Shown: positions 8,768 through 18,808, numbered from the stretch's first letter. The stretch: DNA of 61,120 bases from Patescibacteria group bacterium (GCA_038064855.1 JBBTSE010000005.1:1-61120); one strand, 5' to 3'. Notes: a model not told the origin generated them from the letters alone. Translations and numbers: made by a program.

Positions 8768-9430
8768 TTAGTAGCTAGCATTGAGCTGCTGCCAACTCTC
8801 TATACCTTTTGGGCGAATTGCTTCTGACCCGACTTTGCACAGAGGACATTTTTCCGGTACCCAGATCGGCATTGAGTGGTTAATAAGCGAAATAATTTTC
8901 CTTCCATCAACCTCATTAAATCCCGACCTGTTTACTAAAACAGCTGTGTACGGCAAAACGGAACCGCCAGCTACCTCTACAGCTTGCGCGGTCAGACGAA
9001 TACTACCGCCCGTATTGAGCACATCTTCGACGAGAAGAACTTTTTCTCCTAAACCTACTTTGGTATCAGTAAACACCATCGTCTTATGCTCGCCCTCCCC
9101 CGCTTTTGCAGGAGATGCCCACGCGCATAGGCGCCCTCGCTTTATAGTGACTTCTGTGGCTATACTTTCTGCCAGTCGCGTAGCGCCCGTCTGGGGACCA
9201 ACAACGCGATCAATATCGTTGATATCAAATGACGAATCCTGTAAAAGTTGGTCAACCAAATCTCGTGAAGCTTCGCCGAGTAATGTCGCATCCTCGGTCA
9301 CGAGTTTACTATTAAAATATCCTCCTGAATGTTTGCCCGATGTTAGTAGCGCATGAGGCCTTCGCGGATTGCTGTCATGAAGCCAAAATGCCTGCTTTTC
9401 CTGATATTTTTTAATCCAATCACCAACCAT
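8768..9430 (-). CDS. Phosphoribosyltransferase family protein (OPRT-like)
   Basis: PRPP-binding loop VLLVEDVLNTGGS. Start set at MVGDWIKKYQ (9430) so that it no longer overlaps divergent rpsT; the track ORF extends to 9520. Confidence 0.6.
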   Translation of the reverse strand: MVGDWIKKYQEKQAFWLHDSNPRRPHALLTSGKHSGGYFNSKLVTEDATLLGEASRDLVDQLLQDSSFDINDIDRVVGPQTGATRLAESIATEVTIKRGRLCAWASPAKAGEGEHKTMVFTDTKVGLGEKVLLVEDVLNTGGSIRLTAQAVEVAGGSVLPYTAVLVNRSGFNEVDGRKIISLINHSMPIWVPEKCPLCKVGSEAIRPKGIESWQQLNASY

Positions 9431-9498
9431 ATTGTTTTTTAGTGTAACAGATATGCGGTGTCTTGACTCAAAAGAAGAAAACGGGTACTCTGGAGTCC

Positions 9499-9762
9499 AT
9501 GCCGAATACAGCATCAGCAACCAAGGCTTTACGCCAATCAGAACGCCGTCGCATACTCAATGTGCGCCGCAAGCGTTCACTTCGTGATGTTCTCAAACAA
9601 TTTGAGAAAGCCGTCCTTGCCAAAAATAAGGCTGAAGCTATCAAGCTTTTCCCTGCGGTACAAAAGGCACTCGATAAGACCTCAAAATCAGGATTGATAA
9701 AGAAAAACAACTCCGCGCGTAGAAAGTCCCGCCTATCGGCACAAATCAAAAAACTCGGCTAG
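9499..9762 (+). CDS. rpsT: 30S ribosomal protein S20
   Basis: MPNTASATKALRQSERRRILNVRRKRSLR... is the typical S20 N-terminus. GGAG lies 3 nt upstream of ATG 9499. Confidence 0.85.
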   Translation: MPNTASATKALRQSERRRILNVRRKRSLRDVLKQFEKAVLAKNKAEAIKLFPAVQKALDKTSKSGLIKKNNSARRKSRLSAQIKKLG

Positions 9763-10637
9763 CGAGTAGGAGTGAGTAGAAATTGAAGAAACCTTGTCTC
9801 CAAGGTTTCTTTTTTTCGCATATCGCTCATCTCAAGAAGCTGGAGATAGGCCTCTTCAATCTGACCGCGTGAGAAATTATGTGTTTGTGCCCTTGCCTTC
9901 CCCAATACAAATGGCTTCATATCCCCCGTGTTTCCTGATGCTACGCGCACCAAATTTTTGATATGCCACATAAAGGGGCGCATTATATCTTCTAGCTTAA
10001 CCCCTGAGCGCACGCACCGCTCAAATAAAAGTGCGGCGCGAGCACGCTCCCCCGAACCCCACAGGTCACCAAGCAAAAATAAATCATTTTTGGTTGGGGC
10101 AGAAGTATCGCCCTCCAAGACTCCTCCTCCCAAGAGAGCTTTTTCGAGCTCGCGCGAAAAGCGTTCGGGCGCATTGGTATACAAGAGCCAGAGTGACTCT
10201 TTGGTAGCGACATCCACCGTCGTACCAACTTCTTTCGCTTGCCCATCAATGTACGCGGAAAAATTCTGGCGAGTAAAATCGGTAAATTCTTCTTTTTTAT
10301 TTGCGTATTTTTCTATATCGTTAAAAATCTTATTTTTTATAGGCACGCCCTCCTCCCAAAAAACTATAACCGAATCATCCTCAGTCCAGCGCACAAGATG
10401 AGATTTGAGTGCATCACGCATATCGACATCCAACATGCTCGCATGTTGGATGATATAAAAATCTTTGGAATCAAAGAGCGATCCCGAGCCAATCAGCGTA
10501 AGGCGCTCGCCACCCGCCTCGTCGGTACAATCAATCATCTCCCAGGCGGGGCCCGCTTCGCGCCTAAATCGTACGGCAAAACGCTCCAACATCCCACGAG
10601 ATGCGGTAGTGTTCGAACCGTACAAAAGGTAGATCAT
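9759..10637 (-). CDS. holA: DNA polymerase III delta subunit (HolA)-like
   Basis: Size and pattern are HolA-like (LYGSN...SLFDSKDFYIIQHA...ELEKALL...LFLLGDLW...FSRGQIEEAYLQLLEMSDMRKK). Starts 4 nt inside the response-regulator gene. Confidence 0.55.
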   Translation of the reverse strand: MIYLLYGSNTTASRGMLERFAVRFRREAGPAWEMIDCTDEAGGERLTLIGSGSLFDSKDFYIIQHASMLDVDMRDALKSHLVRWTEDDSVIVFWEEGVPIKNKIFNDIEKYANKKEEFTDFTRQNFSAYIDGQAKEVGTTVDVATKESLWLLYTNAPERFSRELEKALLGGGVLEGDTSAPTKNDLFLLGDLWGSGERARAALLFERCVRSGVKLEDIMRPFMWHIKNLVRVASGNTGDMKPFVLGKARAQTHNFSRGQIEEAYLQLLEMSDMRKKETLETRFLQFLLTPTR

Positions 10638-11068
10638 TTTCCTATGTAGTTTGCCTCGAGAACTTTTTTGATCGTCTCTACGATTTCTTGCGGAGTGTGA
10701 TGTGCCTTGATCATAAATTCAGATGCACCTAACTTCATTGCTTTATCAACATCATCGCGTGAACCAAGGTTTGAAATGATGATAACGGGAATGGACGCGT
10801 AGTCGTGTTGAGCCTTGAGCTCAGTAAGAATCTCAAAACCGCCCTTACCGGGCAAAACCAAATCAAGTAAAATAATGTGTGGCTGATCTTTGTGTACTGC
10901 GGCAAACGCCTCATCGGCATTGATTGCCTCGGTGACCGTAAACCCCTCGTGTTTTATTTTTTCTACCAGCAACCCGCGTAAAAATTTATCATCTTCTACG
11001 ACAAGTATTTTCATCTCGCCTCGTTTGAGCATTGATGATATAGGTACCGATTGATCGCCTGATGTCAT
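10634..11068 (-). CDS. Stand-alone response-regulator receiver (CheY-like), no output domain
   Basis: MKILVVEDD, phospho-acceptor context IILLDLVLPG, conserved SNLG and K(MKLGASEF). An alternative start at MKIL (11014) has a GAGG SD. Confidence 0.85.
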   Translation of the reverse strand: MTSGDQSVPISSMLKRGEMKILVVEDDKFLRGLLVEKIKHEGFTVTEAINADEAFAAVHKDQPHIILLDLVLPGKGGFEILTELKAQHDYASIPVIIISNLGSRDDVDKAMKLGASEFMIKAHHTPQEIVETIKKVLEANYIGK

Positions 11069-11085
11069 GGAGCTAGACTAGCATA

Positions 11086-12240
11086 TTAGAGTGCGGCTAC
11101 AAAGGGTCCGGCAGGTGGATTGACGGGACTCTTGGGTGATGATGCACGCGGGATACGGATAAGAAATGTCGTACCCCTGCCTTCTTCTGAATGAAATGAA
11201 ATATCGCCGCCGTGTGCGGTAATAATATTTTTTGTGATAAATAAGCCGAGACCCGTGCCCTCTGTCTCCATATGCATAACATTGGAACCTCGATAAAAGC
11301 GAGTAAACATGCGTGGTTGATCTTCTTTTGAGATACCGATACCCGTATCACTTATCTTGATGATCGCAAAAGTGCCATCAGACTCAAAGCGCACCGATAC
11401 CGTGCCGCCCGCTGCTGTGTAGCGAATAGCATTTTCGATAATGTTGCCGATGGCGATAGAAAGACGGTCGGGATCGGCGTTAAGGATGACGAGATCATCC
11501 GAAGCTTTGCTAAGCGTAAGAATAATATTTTTTACTTTTGCTAAAATCATCTTCTCATCGACAATCTTTTTGATAAACGCGACAATATTCATCTCTTCAA
11601 ACTTATACCCAAACTTCCCCTCTTCAATGCGGGCGGCATCCAACAAATTATGTACAAGCCGTATCATCGACTCATTTGCGATCGTTCCCTTCTCGACCGC
11701 CTCGCGCTGATTTTTGGTGACCTTACCAAAATCTCCATCAACTATGCCCTGATATACCCATTTTTGGATTGAAAGTGGCGTACGCAGTTGGTGAGCAGCG
11801 ATTGAGATAAATTCTGATTTAAGCTTTGAGATTTCTTCTTGACGATCTTTTGCTTCTTGAATATGCTCGGCCATTTCATTAAAAAAAATGCCGAGCACAC
11901 CAACCTCGTCTTTACGCGAGACACTGATATGTACTTTGAAATTACCAGCGCCGATGCGTTTGACAGCTTCGGTCAAGACAGAAAGCGGGCGCGCGATATG
12001 CCGCGTCACCATGATGGCAGCAAAAGTAGCGATGATACATACAAAAAGAAAAATAAGAACAAATTGGATGCTGATCGTCTCGATCAGTGCTGACGCATCA
12101 CTAGGCGCGAGTACCGCACGAATGCGCGACTGGTAGGTGGCCGCGAAAAAGAGTGAAGCAATCGCCATCGGAAAAATACCGAGCGCGAGCAAGGTGAAAA
12201 AAAATCGAAAGAACAGTGAGTGCCGAATCTTGAGATTCAT
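11086..12240 (-). CDS. Sensor histidine kinase (2 TM, HAMP, HisKA, HATPase_c)
   Basis: Two N-terminal TM segments with a short loop. H-box FISIAAHQLRTPL, N-box IIENAIRYT, G-boxes DTGIGI and GTGLGL. Confidence 0.9.
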   Translation of the reverse strand: MNLKIRHSLFFRFFFTLLALGIFPMAIASLFFAATYQSRIRAVLAPSDASALIETISIQFVLIFLFVCIIATFAAIMVTRHIARPLSVLTEAVKRIGAGNFKVHISVSRKDEVGVLGIFFNEMAEHIQEAKDRQEEISKLKSEFISIAAHQLRTPLSIQKWVYQGIVDGDFGKVTKNQREAVEKGTIANESMIRLVHNLLDAARIEEGKFGYKFEEMNIVAFIKKIVDEKMILAKVKNIILTLSKASDDLVILNADPDRLSIAIGNIIENAIRYTAAGGTVSVRFESDGTFAIIKISDTGIGISKEDQPRMFTRFYRGSNVMHMETEGTGLGLFITKNIITAHGGDISFHSEEGRGTTFLIRIPRASSPKSPVNPPAGPFVAAL

Positions 12241-12261
12241 ACGAATATCCTTAGTATATCC

Positions 12262-14802
12262 CTAAAAGACCATCGGGGTCATCTCCTGCCAATTCGCACC
12301 ACGCTTCACCTCGGCGATAATGGGTACCGAAAACTCGGGTACTCGCTCCATGATCGCTTTGATCGTACCTATGGTCTCGGCGATTTTTTCTTTTTTGATT
12401 TCAAAGACAAGTTCATCGTGCACCTGCAACAACATGCGCACATCACGATTATGAGGTGAGAGTTTAAGCTCACGGGCAATATCTATCATTGCGCGCTTTA
12501 CGATATCGGCCGCGGTCCCCTGCACGGGCGCGTTGACCGCCATCCGTTCAGATTCTTTGCGGATATATTCAAATGATGAGCGGAGGTTGGGTAAAAACCG
12601 CTTGCGACCAAAAAAAGTTTTGACATACCCCCTCTCTCTTCCCTCGCGCACCGTGCGCTCGCGGTATTCTTCGATACCGGGAAATTCTTGTAGATAGTTA
12701 TCGAGTGCCACCTCAGCTTCGGCAACTGTCATACCTCCAGTCTCAGCGAGAGCGCGTGCGCCCATGCCGTACAAAATACCAAAATTAACTGTCTTTGCAC
12801 GCCTACGCATCTCTGGCGTGACATCGTCAGTACTAACATGAAAAATTTCTGACGCAGTGCGTGTATGCACATCCTCACCAACCTGAAACGCGCGAGTCAG
12901 CTTGCCATCACCTGAGAGTTGCGCGGCGATTCTGAGCTCGAGCTGTGAATAATCAAAAGAAAAAAGTTCAAACCCCTTGGGCACGGTAAACGCACGCCTG
13001 ATACTGCGACCGAGTTCTGATTTGATGGGGATATTTTGCAGATTGGGATTTGAAGATGACAATCGTCCGGTGGCCGCCCCTGTCTCATTAAAACTTGTAT
13101 GAACGCGCCCATCAGATCCAACGAGTTTTGGGAGTGCCGTAATATAGGTAGAGAGAAGTTTTGAAATTTCACGATACCGAATGAGCATATCGATAATCGG
13201 ATGTAGTTCGCGTAACTTTACAAGCTCTGAGAACTGCGTCGATACTGCCTTGGTAGAGGTCTTGCGGATCCCCTTGGTAGACAACCCCAACTTTTCAAAG
13301 AGTATAACCGAGAGCTGTTTTGGCGAGTTGATATCAAATTCTTCGCCCGCGGCTTTCCATATTTCAGCCTCAAGCGCGTGCTCTAGGTACTCCGCCTCTT
13401 TTGAAAGTTTTGCGAGCACCGTGATATCGAGCGTGATACCCACTTCCTCCATCTCAAATAAAATGGCGACGAGTGGTAATTCGAAATCAAAATAGATACC
13501 TGCTAAATCTTGCTGCTCAACTTTATTCTTGAGAGCACTTGCGAGTCGTGCCATCTCGGTGATGCTCAACGGCCTACCCTCGAGCAGGTCGCTTAGCGAC
13601 AACCCCCTCTCATCGGGGTTTAAAATCCACGCGCCAAGCTTCGTATCAAAACTGACGGGAAACGCAGCGCCCAAAAAAGTCATGAGCGCATGCGCATCGT
13701 GTACGATTGTTTCTTTTGAGTTTCTTAAAATATCTAAAAGGGTCGCGCGTTGTGCGGGCGGCACACTATATTCGCGCTCATCAATACCGAGTATCAAGCC
13801 CTCTTCGCCAAAAAAGAGTACCACGCGAGAGCCTGAGGCGGTGCCATCCTCCAATTCTTGGCGTACTACTATTGGTTTCTCTTCTTCTTTTTTTGGTGGA
13901 GCACCCGCATCCCCGAGCCGTGAGATAAGGCTTGGAAAATGAAACTTGCGAAAGATTTTGGAAACCTCTTCGGTAGGGATGCTTGCGAATATCATACTAT
14001 CAAGATCCGCCTCTACCGGCGCGTCTCTACGAATGGTTGCGAGTTCCTTTGAAAAAAACGCGTCTTCCTCGCCTTCGAGCAGCAATTTTTTAATACGCTC
14101 TTTGAGAAATGTTGGTGATTTCTTTTCTTTTTTAAGCTTGGCGTACATCTCTTCGAGCGAACCGTAGTGTTTTATAAGATCCGTAGCGCTCTTCTCACCG
14201 ATTCCTTTGATGCCAATAATATTATCGGACGGGTCGCCCTTGAGTCCTTTGTAATCAGCAATAAGTTTTGGACCAAACCCAAATCGTTCGAGTACCCTAT
14301 CTTCATCATATAAAATAGTATCGTCGATGCCTTTACGGAGCGTGTAGACCATCACGCGTTTGTCATCGATCAACTGCATGGTATCCATGTCACCCGACGC
14401 GATGATGATGGTCAGATCTTTTTCTTTTTTAAATTTTTCTACCAGCGTGCCCAAAATATCATCGGCTTCAAAACCGGGGGCTTCGAGTATGGGGATACCA
14501 AACGCACGAAATACTTCTTTGACCTTATCGAACTGTGGGATAAGGTCGCTCTTGGTCTCGGATCTTGTTGCCTTATAGTTTTCGTAAACGATATGACGAA
14601 AAGTTGGCTCTTCTCTATCAAACGCGGCAACAATATGCGTGGGGTGAAGATCACGAATCAATTTCAAGAGTACCGCGGATACGCCGTAGACAGCGCCAAG
14701 TGGCTCACCTGAAGGCGAGGCAAAGGACGGCAACGCATGAAATGACCGATGAATGAGCGCGTGCGCGTCGAGAATGACTAATTTTTTTGGTTCACGCGCC
14801 AT
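12262..14802 (-). CDS. polA: DNA polymerase I
   Basis: 5'-3' exonuclease domain (LVILDAHALIHRSFHA), pol motif A (DYSQLELRI), motif B (RRRAKTVNFGILYG), motif C (QVHDELV). Confidence 0.95.
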   Translation of the reverse strand: MAREPKKLVILDAHALIHRSFHALPSFASPSGEPLGAVYGVSAVLLKLIRDLHPTHIVAAFDREEPTFRHIVYENYKATRSETKSDLIPQFDKVKEVFRAFGIPILEAPGFEADDILGTLVEKFKKEKDLTIIIASGDMDTMQLIDDKRVMVYTLRKGIDDTILYDEDRVLERFGFGPKLIADYKGLKGDPSDNIIGIKGIGEKSATDLIKHYGSLEEMYAKLKKEKKSPTFLKERIKKLLLEGEEDAFFSKELATIRRDAPVEADLDSMIFASIPTEEVSKIFRKFHFPSLISRLGDAGAPPKKEEEKPIVVRQELEDGTASGSRVVLFFGEEGLILGIDEREYSVPPAQRATLLDILRNSKETIVHDAHALMTFLGAAFPVSFDTKLGAWILNPDERGLSLSDLLEGRPLSITEMARLASALKNKVEQQDLAGIYFDFELPLVAILFEMEEVGITLDITVLAKLSKEAEYLEHALEAEIWKAAGEEFDINSPKQLSVILFEKLGLSTKGIRKTSTKAVSTQFSELVKLRELHPIIDMLIRYREISKLLSTYITALPKLVGSDGRVHTSFNETGAATGRLSSSNPNLQNIPIKSELGRSIRRAFTVPKGFELFSFDYSQLELRIAAQLSGDGKLTRAFQVGEDVHTRTASEIFHVSTDDVTPEMRRRAKTVNFGILYGMGARALAETGGMTVAEAEVALDNYLQEFPGIEEYRERTVREGRERGYVKTFFGRKRFLPNLRSSFEYIRKESERMAVNAPVQGTAADIVKRAMIDIARELKLSPHNRDVRMLLQVHDELVFEIKKEKIAETIGTIKAIMERVPEFSVPIIAEVKRGANWQEMTPMVF

Positions 14803-15250
14803 GCTTGAGTCGTACTATACGCTCTTCGCGCGCAATGTGTTTAAACGAAATCCAAACAGTATCTTTGGGAAATACCTTTTTGGCGCGCTCCGCCCACTCG
14901 ACGGCTATAATATTTTTCGGATCAGAAATAATTTTTTTTAATCCAATCGTATCAAGCTCTTTTGATAATTTGATACGATACAAATCAAAATGCCACAAAT
15001 TTTTAAAGGTGGATTTTTTGAGCGCGTAGCGTTTGGCAATCACAAAGGTTGGTGACTGCAAACGCCCACGCACGCCAAGGCCATGAGCAACACTTTGGGT
15101 AAAAAGCGTCTTACCCGTACCAAGCTCACCTGAGAGTGCGAGGCAGAGTGCATGATTTTTACTTCTGGCGACTGATCGTATCTCGCTACCAAAAAGTTTA
15201 CCAAGTGCGCGTGTTGCGTCAGGACTCTTGAGTGTATAGGTAAGCTCCAT
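14792..15250 (-). CDS. tsaE: tRNA t6A37 biosynthesis ATPase TsaE
   Basis: LSGELGTGKTLFTQ P-loop, SPTF, HFDLYR motifs typical of TsaE/YjeE. Confidence 0.85.
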   Translation of the reverse strand: MELTYTLKSPDATRALGKLFGSEIRSVARSKNHALCLALSGELGTGKTLFTQSVAHGLGVRGRLQSPTFVIAKRYALKKSTFKNLWHFDLYRIKLSKELDTIGLKKIISDPKNIIAVEWAERAKKVFPKDTVWISFKHIAREERIVRLKHGA

Positions 15251-15288
15251 CGTGCCCCCAGCGTAGCAATCTTAGGATGAAAAGCAAA

Positions 15289-15329
15289 AACGACCGTTCC
15301 CATGATTGGGTTCGGTCGTTCTCGTTTGG
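15289..15329 (-). terminator. Terminator of the GC-rich secreted-protein gene
   Basis: On the minus strand a palindrome GGGCGGCAGCTGCCGCCC (15327-15344) is followed by AACGACCG...CGGTCGTT (15320-15289) and TTTGCTTTT. Confidence 0.55.
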
Positions 15330-15352
15330 GGGCGGCAGCTGCCGCCCTATGT

Positions 15353-15892
15353 TTACTCACCTTCTGGCGCGAGGTCGCTCTCGCGAAGTCCCGGCTCGGC
15401 TTCGACGGGCTGTCCGCTATTGCGGATCGCCTCGTCGTACGCCTCGCGGTACGAACGGTCCTCGGTCGCGTCGGCGACGGCAGACTTGCCGTCGTAGCGC
15501 CCTTCGGCACGACCCTCGGCACGGTGACATGAAACATCGTCATCCGCGCAGCTCGTATCGACCAGCTTGGTCTCACCGAAGACGAGACCGAGGCCGAAGC
15601 CGAGGATGCCGAGTGGGATGTCGATGAGCCCAGGCTTGCGAACCACCTTGATGTTGGGATCCGCTCGCTCGGCACGCTCGACCACGATCGCCCGATCGTG
15701 GTTACGGTAGCCGCTGTAGCCGCTATCGTAGCCGCCGCTCCAGCGACTCGTGTAGCCGCCTCCATGCTGCCCACGAAGCCCCTTCCAGCACATGTGCCCA
15801 CGAGGGCAGCCGGACTCGGCTGTGGCTGTGATTGGCGCAAGAAACGCTATCAGAAGAAAAAGAATGGAAAGAGCTCGCTTTGTCATCGTCAT
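15353..15892 (-). CDS. Hypothetical secreted/type-I membrane protein, Gly/Tyr/Cys-rich ectodomain, acidic tail
   Basis: Signal peptide KRALSILFLLIAFLAPITATA, GGYTSRWSGGYDSGYSGY segment, internal hydrophobic helix IPLGILGFGLGLVFG. AGGAG SD best fits the second ATG (15886). The region is about 67% GC in a hand-counted 60-nt line. Confidence 0.6.
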   Translation of the reverse strand: MTMTKRALSILFLLIAFLAPITATAESGCPRGHMCWKGLRGQHGGGYTSRWSGGYDSGYSGYRNHDRAIVVERAERADPNIKVVRKPGLIDIPLGILGFGLGLVFGETKLVDTSCADDDVSCHRAEGRAEGRYDGKSAVADATEDRSYREAYDEAIRNSGQPVEAEPGLRESDLAPEGE

Positions 15893-16020
15893 CTCCTATA
15901 TCTCTGCCGAAGCATTATGCACCGGCTAGCAATTCAGTTTACTGTTTACATTATACTACTAAATATACTAAATGTCAATATCTCCAAAAACCCCTTATTG
16001 TATGCTAGGAATAGGACGAT

Positions 16021-16878
16021 ATGGGTGATTTAAAATCAGCAATTGCGAGTGCGTCAGCAGTGCTTATCGTGCTACCCGAAACAGTGCGTGATAAGGATTA
16101 TTTGGCGGCACTGCAGATCCAAAAGATAGCGCCGCAGAAAACTGAGATGATTGTGCCCGAAGCAAAGGAGCTTGAATGGAAAGATTCTTTCGGTACACAG
16201 AGTAGCAAGCGAGAGTTTGTTATCGACATCAATACAACTATCACTCCGGTAGACGAACTTCGTTACGAAAAAACGGAAGGCGTCCTTTCTATTTATCTCT
16301 CGCATAAAGGGGCTTTCAATGAAAAAGCACTTTCGTGGGGTGAACACCGCGCACCAGCCGATCTTTTTATCACCCTCGGCTTTTCGTCAGAAAGCGGCGC
16401 GAAAAAAGCGATTGAAAACCTCCCGCGAAAAGGGGCAGCACGCCACATATGGGTAGAAGGAGATACTAACGGCCATAGCGCGCCCACTCCCACAAAACTA
16501 TCAATCATATCAGCAGGTCTTCTGGGAAGATTAGTGGTTCGTTCGCGTATTGATACTGATACGAACACACTCTGGTCATTTATCACGCGTGATGATTTTA
16601 CCAAGACAAACGCGAGCCCGCGCGAGCTTCCTGACCTGATGACCACCTATGCTTCGCTCGCTACCCTCCCCGAACACGCGTTGGTCTTCTGGCAACATGA
16701 CGAGGCAGGTACCCAAGGATTTTTTAGATCGGAAGACACAACACTGGTAGGCACCGTCGCGCGGCGTCTCGGTAAAACACCGGAGCACCAACACCATGTA
16801 GTACTCTCTCCTTTTGCTAACTTTATTGAAGCAGAAATGGAAACGCGCAAATTGCTCCGTGAGCTCAAAGTGCGCTAG
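16021..16878 (+). CDS. Hypothetical protein (possibly a degenerate DHH/NrnA-like fold)
   Basis: Intact 285-aa ORF immediately upstream of the PilB-like ATPase. No catalytic DHH/GGGH motifs seen, so the family call is weak. Confidence 0.3.
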   Translation: MGDLKSAIASASAVLIVLPETVRDKDYLAALQIQKIAPQKTEMIVPEAKELEWKDSFGTQSSKREFVIDINTTITPVDELRYEKTEGVLSIYLSHKGAFNEKALSWGEHRAPADLFITLGFSSESGAKKAIENLPRKGAARHIWVEGDTNGHSAPTPTKLSIISAGLLGRLVVRSRIDTDTNTLWSFITRDDFTKTNASPRELPDLMTTYASLATLPEHALVFWQHDEAGTQGFFRSEDTTLVGTVARRLGKTPEHQHHVVLSPFANFIEAEMETRKLLRELKVR

Positions 16879-16887
16879 AATAGGAGC

Positions 16888-18558
16888 GTGGCATTTGACG
16901 AAGAACAACAAAAAGAAAAGCTAAGTCAGCTCCAGCAAAAAGAAGAGGAAGACCTAGCTCAACTGCTCGCCAAAAAATATAAAATCCCCTATCTCAACTT
17001 GGGGCGCGCTTTTATTGATCTTGATGCGCTCAAACTCGTACCGCGAGACCGCGCGGAAGCCGCGGGTCTCGCGGTTGTGCAGTCAACCGGTAAAAAATTG
17101 CAAATCGCCGTTAAGAATCCGACACTTGATAAGGCGAAAGAAATAGTCACGGAATTGCGCCGTGACGGCTACCAGCCACAACTTTTTTTAGTATCCATAC
17201 GAAGCCTAAAACACGCGTGGGTTCGCTATGAGGAAGCTGGCGAGGAAACTGCGAGCATCACCAATGTCATCGATATCTCGAAAGATAAAATCGCTGAATT
17301 TCGCCGTGAGATAAAAACAACAAAAGACTTTGAACGCATGTTGGGTGACAAAATCTTGCAGGGCAAAACCCAACGGGTCACTGACTTTCTCGATTATGTA
17401 TTAGGCGGTGCCTTTGAACTTGTCGTCTCTGACATCCATGTCGAACCTGCCGAAGATAAGGTGCATATGCGTGTGCGTCTTGATGGATTACTCCAAGACA
17501 TCGCAAGCTTCTCACATGATATGCATAAGATGTTGTTGGTGCGTATTAAATTGGTTTGTGAGCTTAAACTTAATATTCATGATCGATCACAAGATGGTCG
17601 CTTTACGATTCGTGCAGGTGAATCTGATGTAGAGGTACGCGTCTCAACACTCCCCGGCCCCTACGGTGAATCGATCGTCATGCGTATCTTGCATCCGCGC
17701 GCCATTGAAACATCGTTTGAAGATCTCGGTATCCACCCCGTACTTCTTGAGCTCATCGAGCGTGAAATCCAAAAACCAAACGGTATGATTATCACCACAG
17801 GCCCTACGGGTTCTGGTAAAACCACGACACTCTACGCGTTTATCAAAAAACTCAATGAACCGGGCGTAAAAATAATCACTATTGAGGACCCGATTGAATA
17901 TCATATAACCGGCATTACTCAAACACAGATAAATAAAGAAGCTGGCTATACCTTTGAGACGGGGCTTTCGGCAATTGTGCGTCAAGACCCCGATATCATT
18001 CTCGTCGGTGAAATGCGCAACCGTGAGACCGCTGAGATTGGTATGCAAGCGGCACTCACCGGTCACCTCGTATTTTCAACACTCCATACCAACAACGCGC
18101 CTGGCACCATCCCCCGTCTTATTGATCTTGGGGTACCCCCAAACATCATCGCGCCCGCCATCAATCTCGCGATCGCTCAGCGACTCGTGCGTATCTTATG
18201 TCCACACTGCAAAAAACAAGTGCCCGCGACACCCGAACAGATGGTGACTATAAAAAAACTTGTGGAAACCCTGCCAGAGAAATATACGCGTCCACCACTT
18301 GATAATGTATCGCTCTATACGCCGGGTGGATGCGGAGAGTGTAACTTCCTTGGATACAAAGGGCGCCTCGCGGTTTTTGAAGCATTTTTGATTGACGATG
18401 ATATGGAACGGCTTATCTTGCAAAATCCATCGGAAGCCGTTGTGCGTGAGGCAGCAATCAAACAAGGCATGGTACTACTTGAGCAAGACGGTATCTTAAA
18501 ACTTCTTGCTGGCATCACCTCGTGGGACGAACTCAACCGCATCGTCGGTTTAATCTAA
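16888..18558 (+). CDS. pilB: Type II secretion / type IV pilus assembly ATPase (GspE/PilB family)
   Basis: GSPII_E N-terminal domain, Walker A TGPTGSGKTTT, Asp box, Walker B IILVGEMR, His box FSTLHTN, tetracysteine CPHC...CGEC. Confidence 0.9.
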   Translation: MAFDEEQQKEKLSQLQQKEEEDLAQLLAKKYKIPYLNLGRAFIDLDALKLVPRDRAEAAGLAVVQSTGKKLQIAVKNPTLDKAKEIVTELRRDGYQPQLFLVSIRSLKHAWVRYEEAGEETASITNVIDISKDKIAEFRREIKTTKDFERMLGDKILQGKTQRVTDFLDYVLGGAFELVVSDIHVEPAEDKVHMRVRLDGLLQDIASFSHDMHKMLLVRIKLVCELKLNIHDRSQDGRFTIRAGESDVEVRVSTLPGPYGESIVMRILHPRAIETSFEDLGIHPVLLELIEREIQKPNGMIITTGPTGSGKTTTLYAFIKKLNEPGVKIITIEDPIEYHITGITQTQINKEAGYTFETGLSAIVRQDPDIILVGEMRNRETAEIGMQAALTGHLVFSTLHTNNAPGTIPRLIDLGVPPNIIAPAINLAIAQRLVRILCPHCKKQVPATPEQMVTIKKLVETLPEKYTRPPLDNVSLYTPGGCGECNFLGYKGRLAVFEAFLIDDDMERLILQNPSEAVVREAAIKQGMVLLEQDGILKLLAGITSWDELNRIVGLI

Positions 18559-18562
18559 AAAT

Positions 18563-18808
18563 AAAAAAGCTTTCTCGCAAAAATCTCCAGACAATGTGCC
18601 CAGGCATGGGTGCCATAGGCTGAAGGCCTCTTCGAGGAGCAATCGCGCCGACCCCTCCTCGCAGAGCATAATATGCTTTAGAATAAAGACATTATTTCGC
18701 GCTGTGAGGAAGGGGACCAGATTGTCCGTGTACTAAAAGAAGGCCCAGATAAGGTAAACCTCAATTGTCTGGAGACTTTCAAGAGAAAGTCTCTTCTGAA
18801 GAACAATA
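18563..18808 (-). ncRNA. Candidate structured ncRNA of unknown family (strand assignment tentative)
   Basis: ORF-free spacer. Long-range helices 18584-18595/18764-18775 (12 bp perfect) and 18570-18576/18783-18789 (7 bp), inner helix 18652-18664/18702-18715, and hairpins at 18603-18614, 18665-18677 and 18682-18696. A consensus promoter lies upstream and T-runs downstream on the minus strand. Confidence 0.5.

Noticed and set aside
15040-15840. Long overlapping ORFs in several frames (15040-15840 minus, 15277-15627 plus, 15302-15532 plus and others) in the GC-rich islet
   Set aside because: High GC suppresses stop codons. Only the 15353-15892 frame has a signal peptide, SD and terminator. The others have Arg/Ala/Pro-rich low-complexity translations typical of off-frame GC-rich DNA.
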